In this document: piece by piece, positions 37,461 to 49,165 of the stretch
Numbering within the stretch: the first letter of the stretch is position 1
How the letters are laid out: every line of letters starts with the position of its first letter
From: Octopus bimaculoides
Taxonomy: Eukaryota
Direction: 5' to 3'
Assembly: GCF_001194135.2 (NCBI RefSeq)
Contig: NC_068990.1
Location: 2,008,966-2,072,965, forward strand
Length of the DNA stretch: 64,000 nucleotides
Program-made: the position numbers and the translations under genes
The notes under the pieces: generated by a model
The model's input: the letters and a program-made list of their open reading frames with translations, nothing else
Databases searched by the model: none
Told to the model about the DNA's origin: nothing

Positions 37461-38157
37461 TAGTTTTATTTTTATAACGTGCTTTCACTTCACTACCGAG
37501 CGCAGCTCTGTGTGCCTTGGGTATGTGCTGTAGTTTGCTGTGATGCTCTTATGGTTACTGTATTGAAAGTGTTTTGCGTAGGATGTGTGCAGTGCCCATT
37601 AGTGCAATTTTCTGTATGTTATATATATTTGTAAGTCCTGGTGTTTTTGTTATGTATTTGACTGAATATTTTTTTTATTATACCTAAGNNNNNNNNNNTG
37701 GTATTGATACATCAATTAGAAAGCATTTTTTTCTTCATGATCTTTGACAACTATATCTGGTCTATTTGCCTTAATTTCTCTATCTGTGTGTATTGGCATA
37801 TCCCAGAGTATGGTTGCTTTCTCGTTTTCTGTGACCTTTTCTGGCGTGTGTTTATACCATTTTTTTTTATGTTGTTATTCCATAGTGTTGGCATAGCTTC
37901 TAGTGTATATAGGTCCCAGCTCTGTGGTGTCTGTGAATATATTCCTTCTTAGCCAGGACTGGGCAGCCAGAGATAATATGATTTATTATTTCTTGTCTAT
38001 CTCCACATATTCTACAGTTAGTTGTTATGTTTCTTTTCATTATATGTTTTTGGTAATTTCTGGTGGGGAGGCTTTGGTTTTGTGCAGCAATTAAAAATCC
38101 TTCAGTCTCTGCTTTGAGTCCTGAGCTTCTCAACCATTGCTGGGATTTTTCTTCGTC

Positions 38158-38160
<3 letters not shown>
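37458..38160 (-). mobile_element. 5'-truncated R4/Dong-like non-LTR element (copy A)
   Basis: IDEEKSQQWLRSSGLKAETEGFLIAAQNQSLPTRNY...CRICGDRQEIINHIISGCPVLAKKEYIHRH (CCHC) and C-terminus IQKIALMGTAHILRKTL*, then 3' UTR. (TAA)n on both sides; 10-N gap inside. Confidence 0.88.
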
Positions 38161-38222
<62 letters not shown>

Positions 38223-38289
38223 GTAGTAGTAGTAGTAGTAGTAGTAGTAATACCAGTTGTTTATTTAAGTAATCAAACGATAAATATTG

Positions 38290-38580
38290 AAAACATTTGC
38301 TAATCGAATGGGTAATTAACTCTTTGATTAGCTATTCGACCAATTAATCTGTTAAGCAGTTAATTGTCATTCATTCATGGCCTAATCACCATTCACGGCC
38401 TCATCAATGGCGCACCCTCGTTACTCCAACCCTGTCACGTGACAAACCTGGAATGACAAGGGCGCATCAGTGATGAGCTCACAAAGGGCAACGAATGGAC
38501 CCTAACAAACCAATTCTTTCATTTCTTGACTGATTGAATGATCGAACGGTTAATCAAACGATAAATTAGTTAATTGATTC
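38290..38580. repeat. Degenerate palindrome or foldback element centred on TGTCACGTGACA (38433-38444)
   Basis: Arm matches: TCATCAATGGCGCACCCTCG vs rc of the right arm TCATCACTGATGCGCCCTTG; TTCGACCAATTAATCTGTTAAG vs TTCGATCATTCAATCAGTCAAG. About 70% identity by eye, with indels. Confidence 0.65.
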
Positions 38581-38813
38581 AAAGCTTAATTAATTATCTA
38601 GTTGACAAATGATAATACTTTCTAATTTTGACACAAGGATATACTTGATTGGAATTTTGTGTTACCATGCCCGAAAGGATGAAAGACAAAGTCGATACCA
38701 GCGGGATTTGAGTCTGCCACGTAAAGAACCGGAAGAACTTTCACTAAACATGTTTTTCTGGGGCACTAATGATGTTGCCTGCTCGACAACTAATAATAAT
38801 AATAATAATAATA

Positions 38814-40245
38814 GTGAGTTTATATGCATGTTGTGACTTAGTTTCAATATTATCAACTGGTCAGTTACCGAAATCTGTAAACTTGGTAGAATTCGAAAAT
38901 TGTTGACAATGAATAGAAAGACCACCCTAAGGCAGATGTAGAACGACTTTACTTGCCAAGAAAAGAAGATGGCCGTGACAGCTTACAATTGAATTGACAC
39001 TGAAAATTGCCACAATTGGCCTAAAAGTTTATCTGAAAATCTCTAATGACTGGATTCTAAAACTTGTCTCGAAACACTAAACCAAGAATATTTCAGACTC
39101 AGTAACAAAAAAAGGTGAAGAAATATCTAAGTGAAGTCCAAATACAGCAATTCCCAGAATTAGATGTACTGGAAACAAGCATCGAAAAAGCTATACGTAT
39201 GAAAACCTCTGCTAAAACTGCCGCCTTAGTTATTCTCATTGGTAATTGGCAAGGAAAATCTCTGAATGGTAAATACTCAGAGAGCTGTTGCCCATCAATG
39301 GTTAACGTCTTTTGGCTTAAAATCAGAAACAGAAGGGTTTATCATAGCAACCCGGGATCAATGCCTACCCAGAAAAATCTACCAGGCCAATATCTTAAAT
39401 CACGGCAGTAACTCAGCATGTCATGTGCGTAAACAACAGACTGAAACCATCGATCATACTGTCTCTATGTGCCACATTCTTGCGCCCAGAGAGTAAACAG
39501 TATATTTTCTAGGTAATTTGCAAAAACCTGGACCTGCCCCATGATAAATCTGGTGGGAACCCCCACTCCAGTCCTTGAAAATTATCATATGCCATTCCTT
39601 TGGAGCTTTACTGTTCAAACTGACGGAAACAAGACTGACATTATATTGAAGGATTTCTGACAAAAATCATGCCACCTTATTGATATGACTGTCCCAATCG
39701 ACATAAATATATCTGTCAAAACCTACCAAAAATCGGAGCAAATATAAAAATCTTGAAGTCGAAATTGACAAAATGTGGAACCTACAGATTAGAACAATAC
39801 CTGTTGTCATAGATGTCATAGAATGATAGCAAAAGGGATAGATTCCTACCTTGCACAGATACCAGGGAATCCCAAATGGAAGAAATCCAAAAAATAGTAC
39901 TCATGGGAACTGCCAGTATCCTACGTAAAATATTGTCTATGTAATCCCCACAAGATTTTAATCCATAAGCAATGTCAAAATACTTTTAAGTGTACATAAC
40001 AACAAACACCTTTTACTGTGATCTTATGATCACTATCATATCAAATTACATTTAAAAGTAACATAATTTTCTCGTGGTTTGACAGACATTCTCTTGAACA
40101 ATACTCTGTGCAGAACCAAATATATGGCACCCTAGTCATAATACCGATTTGAACATCTAACTTTTTGTCTCTTGAGGTCTCTGAGTGAAGCTCGGAGTCA
40201 ACTTGTACAAATACCAAGCAAAACCCAAATATATGATAATGATAA
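38814..40245 (+). mobile_element. 5'-truncated R4/Dong-like element (copy B) with 3' UTR
   Basis: Starts directly after (TAA)n. SFNIINWS..IRKLLTMN..HPKADVERLYLPRKE, WLTSFGLKSETEGFIIATRDQCL, CH..ETIDH...CHILAPRE, IDMTVPID, C-terminus IQKIVLMGTASILRKILSM* (39945). Ends at GATAATGATAAT. Confidence 0.88.
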
Positions 40246-41305
40246 TGTGAGCAACCCCGTAGTCGAAAATGGTGTTCATCTTAGGGGACACCGAACAAGT
40301 ATGTATGATCAATGGAGAGAAAGATGATTGTTTCAACTCACGGAACAGAGATTATGTGATCAAGCTAGAGAAATAAGAAAAAAAATCATTGGTTCACAGA
40401 AGTAAAGCTTGAAGCTATTAGAAGACGGATATTGGAAAACAGCAGCAGAGAAAACGATGAAAATAAGTTCCTACTGATAAAAGTAATCTCATAGCAGAAA
40501 ACAGAGGTGAAATATCTAATAAACCACAGAAAAGGAACAGTGATAGTTTGTTCGATGAGAGATATATTGATGGTTTGGAAGACAATAAAACTAATGGTGA
40601 CGTGACAGATGGGCAAAAGGCAATCTACGACAGAATAAAGGTAATGCTACAGGAGAACGATAGCGACATTATTTGCAACCTTAAAAAGGTTGATGGGTGG
40701 AAATTGAACCAAGAAACGAAAAATGTGAATGAAATTCTGAAATACATCAGAACAAAAAAAAAAAACACCACAGAAACAAATAATTTGATCAAGGCAACGA
40801 GTATTGTTGCAGCAGAAAATGTGGGTGCTGAAGTCAAGAAAAAGAAATATAATGGGTGTGACAAAAGACAAGATCCATGGTGGAAAAGAAAAATACAGGT
40901 AGGGTTAGATATGCTCTCGAAGGCCATTTCTGTGTTAGACCGAAAAGAGAAGGGGGAACTTAAAAACTTATACAAAATACAGGGCACTGAACAGGAAGTA
41001 TGATATTGAAGGAAAGGGCCTGAAAGTGGTAATGGAGGAATGGAAACAGCGCCTCATTGCAAAGAAAGCAAAGATGGTAAGATATCTTGACCATTGGAAG
41101 TCAAGATATTTTGAACAAATAGCTGCACAACTGAATTCCTCGTTAAATGCCGACCAAGTAACACCAGAGTAGTTGACAATGGGTTGGACAGCCCTCTGCT
41201 TGAAAACCATCGAATAAGGCAAAACGGTAGACAATAACAGGCCGACATCCTGCTTACCACTTATTTGGAAATTATTGACTGGAATAGTCGCAGACAATAG
41301 TCTCA
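40246..41305 (+). mobile_element. R4/Dong-like element (copy C): ORF N-terminus to start of RT, internally deleted
   Basis: TEQRLCDQAREIRK, LKKVD..KL..E...VNEILKYI.T..TETNNLI..., [41 protein letters not shown]. Followed by (CAA)n(TAA)n. Confidence 0.85.
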
Positions 41306-41320
41306 CACAACAACAACAAC

Positions 41321-41355
<35 letters not shown>

Positions 41356-41499
41356 TAATAATAATAATAATAATAATAATGATGATGTTGATGATGATGA
41401 TAATAACCTACTAGAAATGTTATCATGTACATTGCTTCGTATTGGTATAAAAGATGGGTTACAGTAAATATGCCGCTCAATATCACAGATTTGCTTATC

Positions 41500-42122
41500 A
41501 GTTCTTAACAAGGCTGCTTTTAGCACCATCCCCATTCTGAAAATAATTCCTAGTTTCTCAAGTCATGCATCCAACCTTTTATTAACTGCTTCCAGTGCCC
41601 CAACTACAATCGGTACCAATTCTATGTGCCTGATTCTCCATAGTTTCCTGATTTCCCACTTCAATTGCTGATATTTCTCCACTTTCTCACTTTTATTCTC
41701 ATTTATCCTGTGGTTCCACGGTGAAGCAATATCCACAATAATTGCGTTGTTCTTTTCCACGACAACAATGTCAAGCTTTCTATCCACAATAAAATGGTCT
41801 CACTGGATGGTCATGTCCCATAAGATCTTATATTGATCCTTTTCAGCAACCTTTTCCGGTTGGTGTTAATAACATTCCTCACTTCTACTCATGTCATACT
41901 TATAACAAAGCTTTCATTGAACGAATCTGGCACTGTTGTCATGCCTTCTCTTGTACTCTTTTTGGTGCGAGCATCTTGCATTCATTAATAATGTAGTATA
42001 CTATTTCACCTTTCTCATCACACAACCTACAAGGTGGGTCAGTCACTGCCTTGTCAATCCTGAACTTGATACAAATCATTCTCAGAGCCTGTTCAGGACG
42101 CTTTTCCTAGTCCATTGCCAGA
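41500..42122 (-). mobile_element. R4/Dong-like element (copy D): CCHC plus restriction-like endonuclease
   Basis: CRLCDEKGE...IINEC..LA.KEYKRRHD and RKLDIVVVEKNNAIIVDIASP...EKVEKYQQLKWEIRKLW..VPIVVGAL (PD-(D/E)xK-type). Begins after (TAA)n. Confidence 0.88.
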
Positions 42123-42185
<63 letters not shown>

Positions 42186-42280
42186 CCTCATCATCATCAT
42201 TATAATTTTGGGGGAGGTGGATTGTCGATTACATCAGTTCCAGTACTCACCTGGTACTTATTTTATCGACCCCATGAAAG

Positions 42281-42800
42281 GAACCCTAAACAAAACAGAC
42301 CGAGAGATTTATACTGGCAGTGCAGGACCTAGTACTGGCTACGAACTGGAGGGTCAACCTGAGGAATGAACAAGGTTTTCCACTGTGCCGCATTTGCAAT
42401 AGAGTGGATGAAACCATTGAGCATATCATGAACGAATGCCCTAGACTTGCCCCAGTCCACTACAAGTTGTGTCGACACGACCATGTAGCGAAAGTGCTAT
42501 ATTGGAAGCTCTGCGAAAAGTGGGGGCTAGAGAGAGGCAAGACGTGGTATGAGCACAAACCGCAGACAGTGGTGGAGTCGGAAGGCATCAAGAAGAATAT
42601 AAAGGGAATTGGAATAGAGTACCCAGTAGAACTGTTACAAAAGGTTTGCCTCCTTGGCACGGCCAGAATAATCAGGGAAGTATTAGATAGCTGAAAAACA
42701 AAACAAAACGAATAGCATGACACCATAGGCTGCGGGTAGCAAGCCCGCTATGCACGCTAGATTCCAGGAGTTCCCCAACAAAATATGTGATAAAGAGAAA
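42281..42800 (+). mobile_element. R4/Dong-like element (copy E): 3' end with the endonuclease core deleted
   Basis: AVQDLVLATN...CRICNRVDETIEHIMNECPRLA..Y...RHDHVAKVLYWKLC..W...WYEHKPQTVVESE joined directly to GIKKNI..LLQKVCLLGTARIIREVL*. Decayed (TAA)n tail. Confidence 0.88.
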
Positions 42801-43109
42801 ATAATAACAATAATCATAATTATAATAATGGTTTCCAATTTTTTGCCACAAGGGGAGTAATTTTGGAGGAGGGGATGAGTCAATTACATCAACCCAGTGT
42901 TCAATTGGTACTTATTTTATTTACCCCGAAAGGATGAAAGGTAAAGTCAACCTCAGTGGAATTTGAACTCTGAACGTAGCGACGGGCGAAATACTGCTAA
43001 ACATTTCGTCCAGCGCGCTAACGTTTTTGCCAGCTCACCGTCTTAATAATAATGGGCTTCGTATATTTTACCTCAGTGTCACTTTGATGGCATGCAATGC
43101 TCTCTCACT

Positions 43110-43117
43110 CAATAATG

Positions 43118-43151
<34 letters not shown>

Positions 43152-43161
43152 CAACAACAAC

Positions 43162-43235
<74 letters not shown>
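43110..43235 (+). repeat. (AAT)n/(AAC)n microsatellite
   Basis: Seen directly. Confidence 0.97.
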
Positions 43236-43236
<1 letters not shown>

Positions 43237-44961
43237 CGTGAATCAGAGTCGGTGCGTGTGTTAATATTGGCAGAAAGAGCTGTCTCCAGATAGAATATCA
43301 TTTGTTTCAATACAAAAAAACTTCATATCATCGGTCGTGCAAGCAGACTCATACAGATGGTACGTAAAAACATTTGTCTCAAACTACGAGACACGTATAA
43401 ATCTAATATGGCGCCTCAGGTGCAGGATTATTTGTGCCATTAAAATTGAAGCACACCGACCTAAAAGGGTTCGCATCCGCTTTTCATCAGTAATGACATT
43501 TACAGCGGTTTACTCCATTTAATAGATGTTAGATTTAGTCGCAGCTGTTGCAATGCACAATGACGTTAGATTTAAATAAATCCATCAAGTGAATTCTTAG
43601 TAATCCTTTGATCTGCTCAAAAGCTTAATATCTTTAAACTGAGAATCACAGGTTAGAGGCCATGAAAATATAAGGATTATGTTGCCGGTATAAGAACGGA
43701 CTTTCCATTTAATTCAAGTATCTTAGTAAGTGCGTTGTTTAGCCCCAGGTCAGTATTGGATGAGTAAACCTATGAACGATGGTCTTTCAGGTATGCCCAT
43801 TCCATCTTACGGATATGTAGGACGACATTACCCAATGTGCCCTTTATTGTTATAGTGTATGTTCGACTAATGATTATATTAATGAACGAAAAATATTGCA
43901 TTAATTTTAAAACGAAATTGAAAAGGTAAGCTGTAAATGCAGTTGACCACGATGTAAGTGAATAAGCCGGAATGCCGAACAAGCACCAAGCAGTGGACGA
44001 AGAATAAATCTATAAAATGAGTCAACGAATAAAATATTTCACCTGATGGAGTCAGTAATGTGTCATGCGATTGGATGAACAGGCGTAAGCTGAAAGACAA
44101 ACAAGTCGGAGTACGAAAACGTCACATGATTGAATCGTGTCACGTGATTGGATGGATGAAAATAGACAATCTTTTCTTTCTACTAAAGGCACAGGCTACT
44201 AGTCGATTACATCGACCCGTGTTTCACTTGTACTTAATAATCGACCTCGAAAAGATGAAAGGCAAAGTTGACCTTGGTGGAATTTGAACTCAGAATATAA
44301 AGACTCACGAAATGCCGCTAAGGATTTTGTCTAGCGTGTTAACGGTTCTGCCAGGTCACTCTTTATTTCAAACTTTTGGCCATTAAGGCCTTTCTGCCAG
44401 GTCACTCTTAATAGACAATGTTTGTGGTGAGACAACTGAGGTTGTCTGTTTTATATCTATTTAAGACAGTAGATATAATTTAAGGAAATTTGGTTCCTAT
44501 TGTCCGCAAAGGTAGGGACCACGTCTTGTTGGTTCTGTGAGCGATCCCTAAGCGATCAGTTTGTTTTTTAATCTCCATGCTGAAGAGGAGGTGACTAAAC
44601 CTATTTTCGTCACCGTTACTACCACCATCACTGAGAATGGCGCTCCTAAATATCACTCCACATACAAGAGATAATCCCTAAATTCCGTTAAATATGTTCA
44701 CTACTGCATCAAAATAGGAAGGGCATATTGGACATTATCATCTGAAATATATCAAAATGTGGCATGGTCCTTAACCAGGGCTTAGCTAGAACCAAACAGG
44801 AACAAAAGCAACAATGGCAGAAGCAATGATTTGATGCTGGAAACCCTTATATAGTCAGACCATATGCTAGAAATTACAGCCCAGTCTATTTCATACTATG
44901 TGCTGCAGAGATAAGAGATAGTAGAGGACCAGGTGCAACAAGTGTGAATGACTTTGATTTA

Positions 44962-45016
<55 letters not shown>

Positions 45017-46276
45017 CCACCACCTTACCGTCAGTATCTCTCGCCTGCTCCCCCTACCATTACTGTCGCGACCGCCACAACTATCAGGAGCAGCTGCAAT
45101 AACAGCAGCAGCAGCTGAAATAGCACCATTACCAATGACAACAATGACAACACCACAATCAACAAGAACACTGTCATCATCTTTGTTGTCGTCACTAGGA
45201 AATACGTGAATCATCTTCGTCGTCGTCGCCATCATCGTCGTCGTCATCAATAGCAAGTTACCAAACACTGCACTATAACTCGACTTCTATCAATAGCCGC
45301 CATCAATAGTGTGTTTGCAGCAGCAATAGGAATTAAATGTAATAAGATACAAAAGATGATGCTGCGATAATATAGATAGCCAAAATATTTTAGCTATTCA
45401 AAATTACATCTTAATCAGAGAGGAAAAAATATGGATTATCCAAAGATTAATTATAGAAGGTTAGTAAAAGAAAAAAGAAAATATCCCGAATTGTTAATTG
45501 AAAATCATAAATATGTAATGCAATACAAAATGAGGCTGATCTTTGGTACAACGCTGTCAATTCAACAGTTGTGAGGGTACTCGGAGAACTAACAACGTAT
45601 TTCAACCTTATTAGGCCTTCTCAGCAAAGGATCATCTATCAGGTTGTTGTTACTGATGTGTTAATTGTTATTGTTGTTGCTTAGCCCCATACCAGCCTTT
45701 ATCGAAAAGATCTATGCGTTCCAAACATAGCCATCCCGTCTATTATTTTGTTTTCTCACGTATAGTCCAGGGAAAGTTACATTAACCAGTGGATACTTAT
45801 TTTTCTTTTACTTTTATACAGCAGGATGTGATTCGAGTAAGATATAGTTACTATTTTTAGCTGAGGCAAAGACCACACAAAGACTTTCTGAATAGTTTTG
45901 ATAGTTATAATAGTTTTGCACATAACCAATATCAGTAAACGGTGTGATTAATATTCTCTGTGTACAATTAAAAGAAACCACTGAGGTGGTATGATTAATG
46001 ACCTTTGAAGTTTAAGATGTTAAGTATCGAAAGAGATTCAATAATGTTAAAACATAAGTCTTAGTTGTGATCTGTGATGTCGATAACGGTGATAAATTGT
46101 GCTTCTGGTTGTACGCATTCAAGTGATCGCAGTAATGGACTTATGGCTTAGACCCTTACCAGCAAAATGGTTTCAGACACTGCGTCAGTGGTAACCATTA
46201 GATTTCTGTTGTAGAAGATTACAATTCCATAATATATGTGCATAACTATATACATATATTCATACACACACACGCG

Positions 46277-46309
<33 letters not shown>

Positions 46310-46358
46310 TTATATATATATATGTTTATATATATGTGTGTGTGCATAAATACATATT

Positions 46359-46830
46359 GGCGCGGGTGTGGCTAAATGGTAAGAAGTTTGATTCTCAAAC
46401 ACATAGTTCCGTGTTCAGTCTCACTGCATGGTACCTTGAGCAAATGTGTTCTGCTATAGCCGCGGACCGACCAGAGACTTGTGGGTGGATTTCGTAGATG
46501 AAAATCGAAAGAAGTCTGTCGTATACACACACAGAGACACATACGAACACACACACACATACACTCGCACACACGTACACGCGCACGCGCGCACGCGCAC
46601 ACACACACGTGTGTTGGTGTTTTTATGTCTGTGTTTGTTCCTCACTGCTGCTTGGCAACCAGTGCTGGTGTGTTTACATCCTAATAACCTAACGGTTTGG
46701 CAAAAGACACCGATAGAATGAGAACCTGTTTGAAGAAATTAGTCCTGGACTCGATATGTTCGACTAAAATTCTTCAAGTCAGTACTTTAGCACGGTCGTA
46801 GTCTGAAAGAAATGAAAGGCACAAAGACAG
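46359..46830 (+). mobile_element. SINE family B
   Basis: GGCGCGGGTGTGGCTAAATGGTAAG head, GGTACCTTGAGCAAATGTG CORE-like segment, internal (CA)n, family B tail. Confidence 0.8.
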
Positions 46831-46939
46831 TTAGATAGACAGACAGACAGACAGTTAGATAAATAGGTAGACACAACCGTCCAACCCATGCTAACATGGA
46901 AACGGATGTTGAATAATGATGATGATGACGGTGATGACG

Positions 46940-46976
<37 letters not shown>

Positions 46977-47229
46977 ACTGACGGTGCAGAGTAGCACCTA
47001 CATTGCTAGAAATAAGATGTACAAAGCCTCTTAGTCGCGAAGAAGCACACATCTGTGTACCGAGAGAAGAACTAACCGCCCCACAGCGAGCAAGATCACC
47101 AGAGTGGAATTCTGGTTTCGCTTGAAATTAAAGTCCTTCACTAAATGGTTTCGCGAAATCCCGACTGTCAGTATATAGTATTTACCATTTGAACCAATAG
47201 TTTATTCAGCAAAATGGTAATGTGAAAAT

Positions 47230-47650
47230 TATGAAATAACGTAGGTGGCTATAAGCAATCTGAAACCAAAAAGCAAGAATTCAATTGTCACTAATTGTAA
47301 CTCATGGTGCATGGTAGCAACTACATTGCTGGAAAGAAAGGGCTTGTAAATGACCACCTACAGTCAGGACCTGATAATGTATAAGGTTAAGGCTGAAACA
47401 CAACTCTTTGATGATAAGCAAGATAAAAAAAAAAAGCAATATTAACTCAAGACATTTACATTCCGAAGATGTGAGACACACCTGGACTACATTTTTTATA
47501 TTTATTTGAGATCCGCAGACAAATTTCTGCCCGAATTTGGGCAGCGGTATCCAAACTCTCACTTGCGACAAAAACCAACCACAGAGCGAATGCAGACAGA
47601 ATGAATATGGCAGTAAGGTTGTTTCACCAGAATGACCATAACCAATAGGT
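47230..47650 (+). mobile_element. Possible, highly decayed Penelope-like endonuclease fragment
   Basis: NNVGGYK..., NCN...LERKGL..SQDLIMYKVKAETQ weakly follows the PLE pattern N.KVSYS..CNC...CPL.G.C...VIYKA.V. Confidence 0.3.
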
Positions 47651-47872
47651 TGAAATATCGTAAGATAGATACGAACATACATGATGGCTTTCTACTCATG
47701 ACCAAGGAAAACAGTCAGGTCGGCTTCACTTGGGTTTGTAACCGTGTTTTTTGATGCTCACTGCATCGCTCTCCAACTCAACCAGGCATCTAAAACCGCC
47801 TCGTCGGTGATTGTTAGATGACTACTATATATACATATAATCTGAATTTTATAGTGTTAATTATCCATCAGG

Positions 47873-47962
47873 GCTGGTCTTACCAATCGGTTTCGCGTGA
47901 AATTATATAATGGAGTGTTAGGTAACAAACCTGTTATATAATATATGCTCGTTAGAGACAGC
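47873..47962 (-). ncRNA. Type I hammerhead ribozyme, left-arm copy (core G5->A)
   Basis: Minus: GCTGTCT-CTAACGA-GCAT...ACGC-GAAA-CC(GATT)GG-TA-AGACCAGC. Stem I 7 bp with one bulge, perfect stem III with GUA site, long stem II. Core CUAACGA is mutated. Confidence 0.75.
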
Positions 47963-47991
47963 CGACATAGAAAGGGACCCCTTCTATGTCA

Positions 47992-48081
47992 GCTACCTCT
48001 GACGAGCGTATATTATATAATTGATTTGTTGCCTAACACTCCATTATATAATTTCACGCGAAACCGATTGATAAGACCAGC
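47992..48081 (+). ncRNA. Type I hammerhead ribozyme, right-arm copy (core intact, stems I and III mutated)
   Basis: CTGACGA 47999-48005, GCGT/ACGC 48006-48009/48056-48059, GAAA 48060-48063, ACC-GATT-GAT-A (site 48073), AGACCAGC 48074-48081. Confidence 0.75.
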
Positions 48082-48594
48082 TGTGATGGATAATTAACAC
48101 TATAAAATTCAAACAATATACCCACTCTACTAACAGTTATACGAGCGCATCTCCCTGACTTATGATCTCCTTGAGGACTGAAGCAGTATACATATAGTTT
48201 CAATGATGCAAAAAAAAAATCTCTATTTTCATTGCATGTGTCTAAGTCTGTATGTGCCTCGAGTTATGATAAAAAATAAAATGTACGATGCATTGTGAAG
48301 GAATGGGTAACCGTGTGGTTCCACAATGGAATTCTTAACACTGCAGCCATGGTTGCTCCCGTGTTTACTGTGTTTCTGTATGGGATTAATAATTGTATTT
48401 GGAAAAGTTTGTTTATTTTACCGTTTGTTATTTCCTATTCTTGGTATCATTAGTTTCTGGATAATATCGATTTCTGCAATGAAGTTATTGTTGTCGCTGT
48501 TGCCTGTCAGTGTTGAAAAGATCGTTAGATGAATACGTTATTTTTTTTTTACTTCTTCTGTCTCCGGACACGGCTAGCCTTAATGATTATATAA

Positions 48595-48642
<48 letters not shown>

Positions 48643-48696
48643 NNNNNNNNNNNNNNNNNNNNNNNNNNNNNNNNNNNNNNNNNNNNNNNNNNNNNN

Positions 48697-48756
<60 letters not shown>

Positions 48757-49165
48757 CACATAGATATGCATATATATATAACACATAGATATGCATACAC
48801 ACACACGCACACAAACGTGCACAAGAAATGCACACCCATATAATGTGTAAATAGGAGTGTTTGGATTGTACAAACACGCTTTATTGCATAATTCTACAAC
48901 TTTTTCATTTTCGCTTTTCTGGCAGAAAATTACTGAAATATATCAATGTAATAGATACATGAAATTTATTACATCGCATTAGTTCAGTAATATTGGTAAA
49001 TGAAGTCACAGCGGAAATTCATAGATATCCTGATATACAATAAGTTTTCTTTGTTACACTGTGCCTGGTCGCCAATACATGCGGCCGAGCTTTATAAAGT
49101 GTACTACAAGTTTCATACTCAAATGGAATTTAGATACATATATATATATATATATATACATATAT

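Larger units (their letters stand above)
47843..48111. repeat. 269-bp near-perfect palindrome centred on 47977
   Basis: 134-bp arms, 1-nt centre, no indels, 13 substitutions counted by hand (about 90% identity). Confidence 0.97.

Noticed and set aside
48895-49000. Strong-looking acceptors at 48925, 53478, 7380 and 56601 as exons
   Set aside because: No well-placed consensus donor, and most frames stop early.
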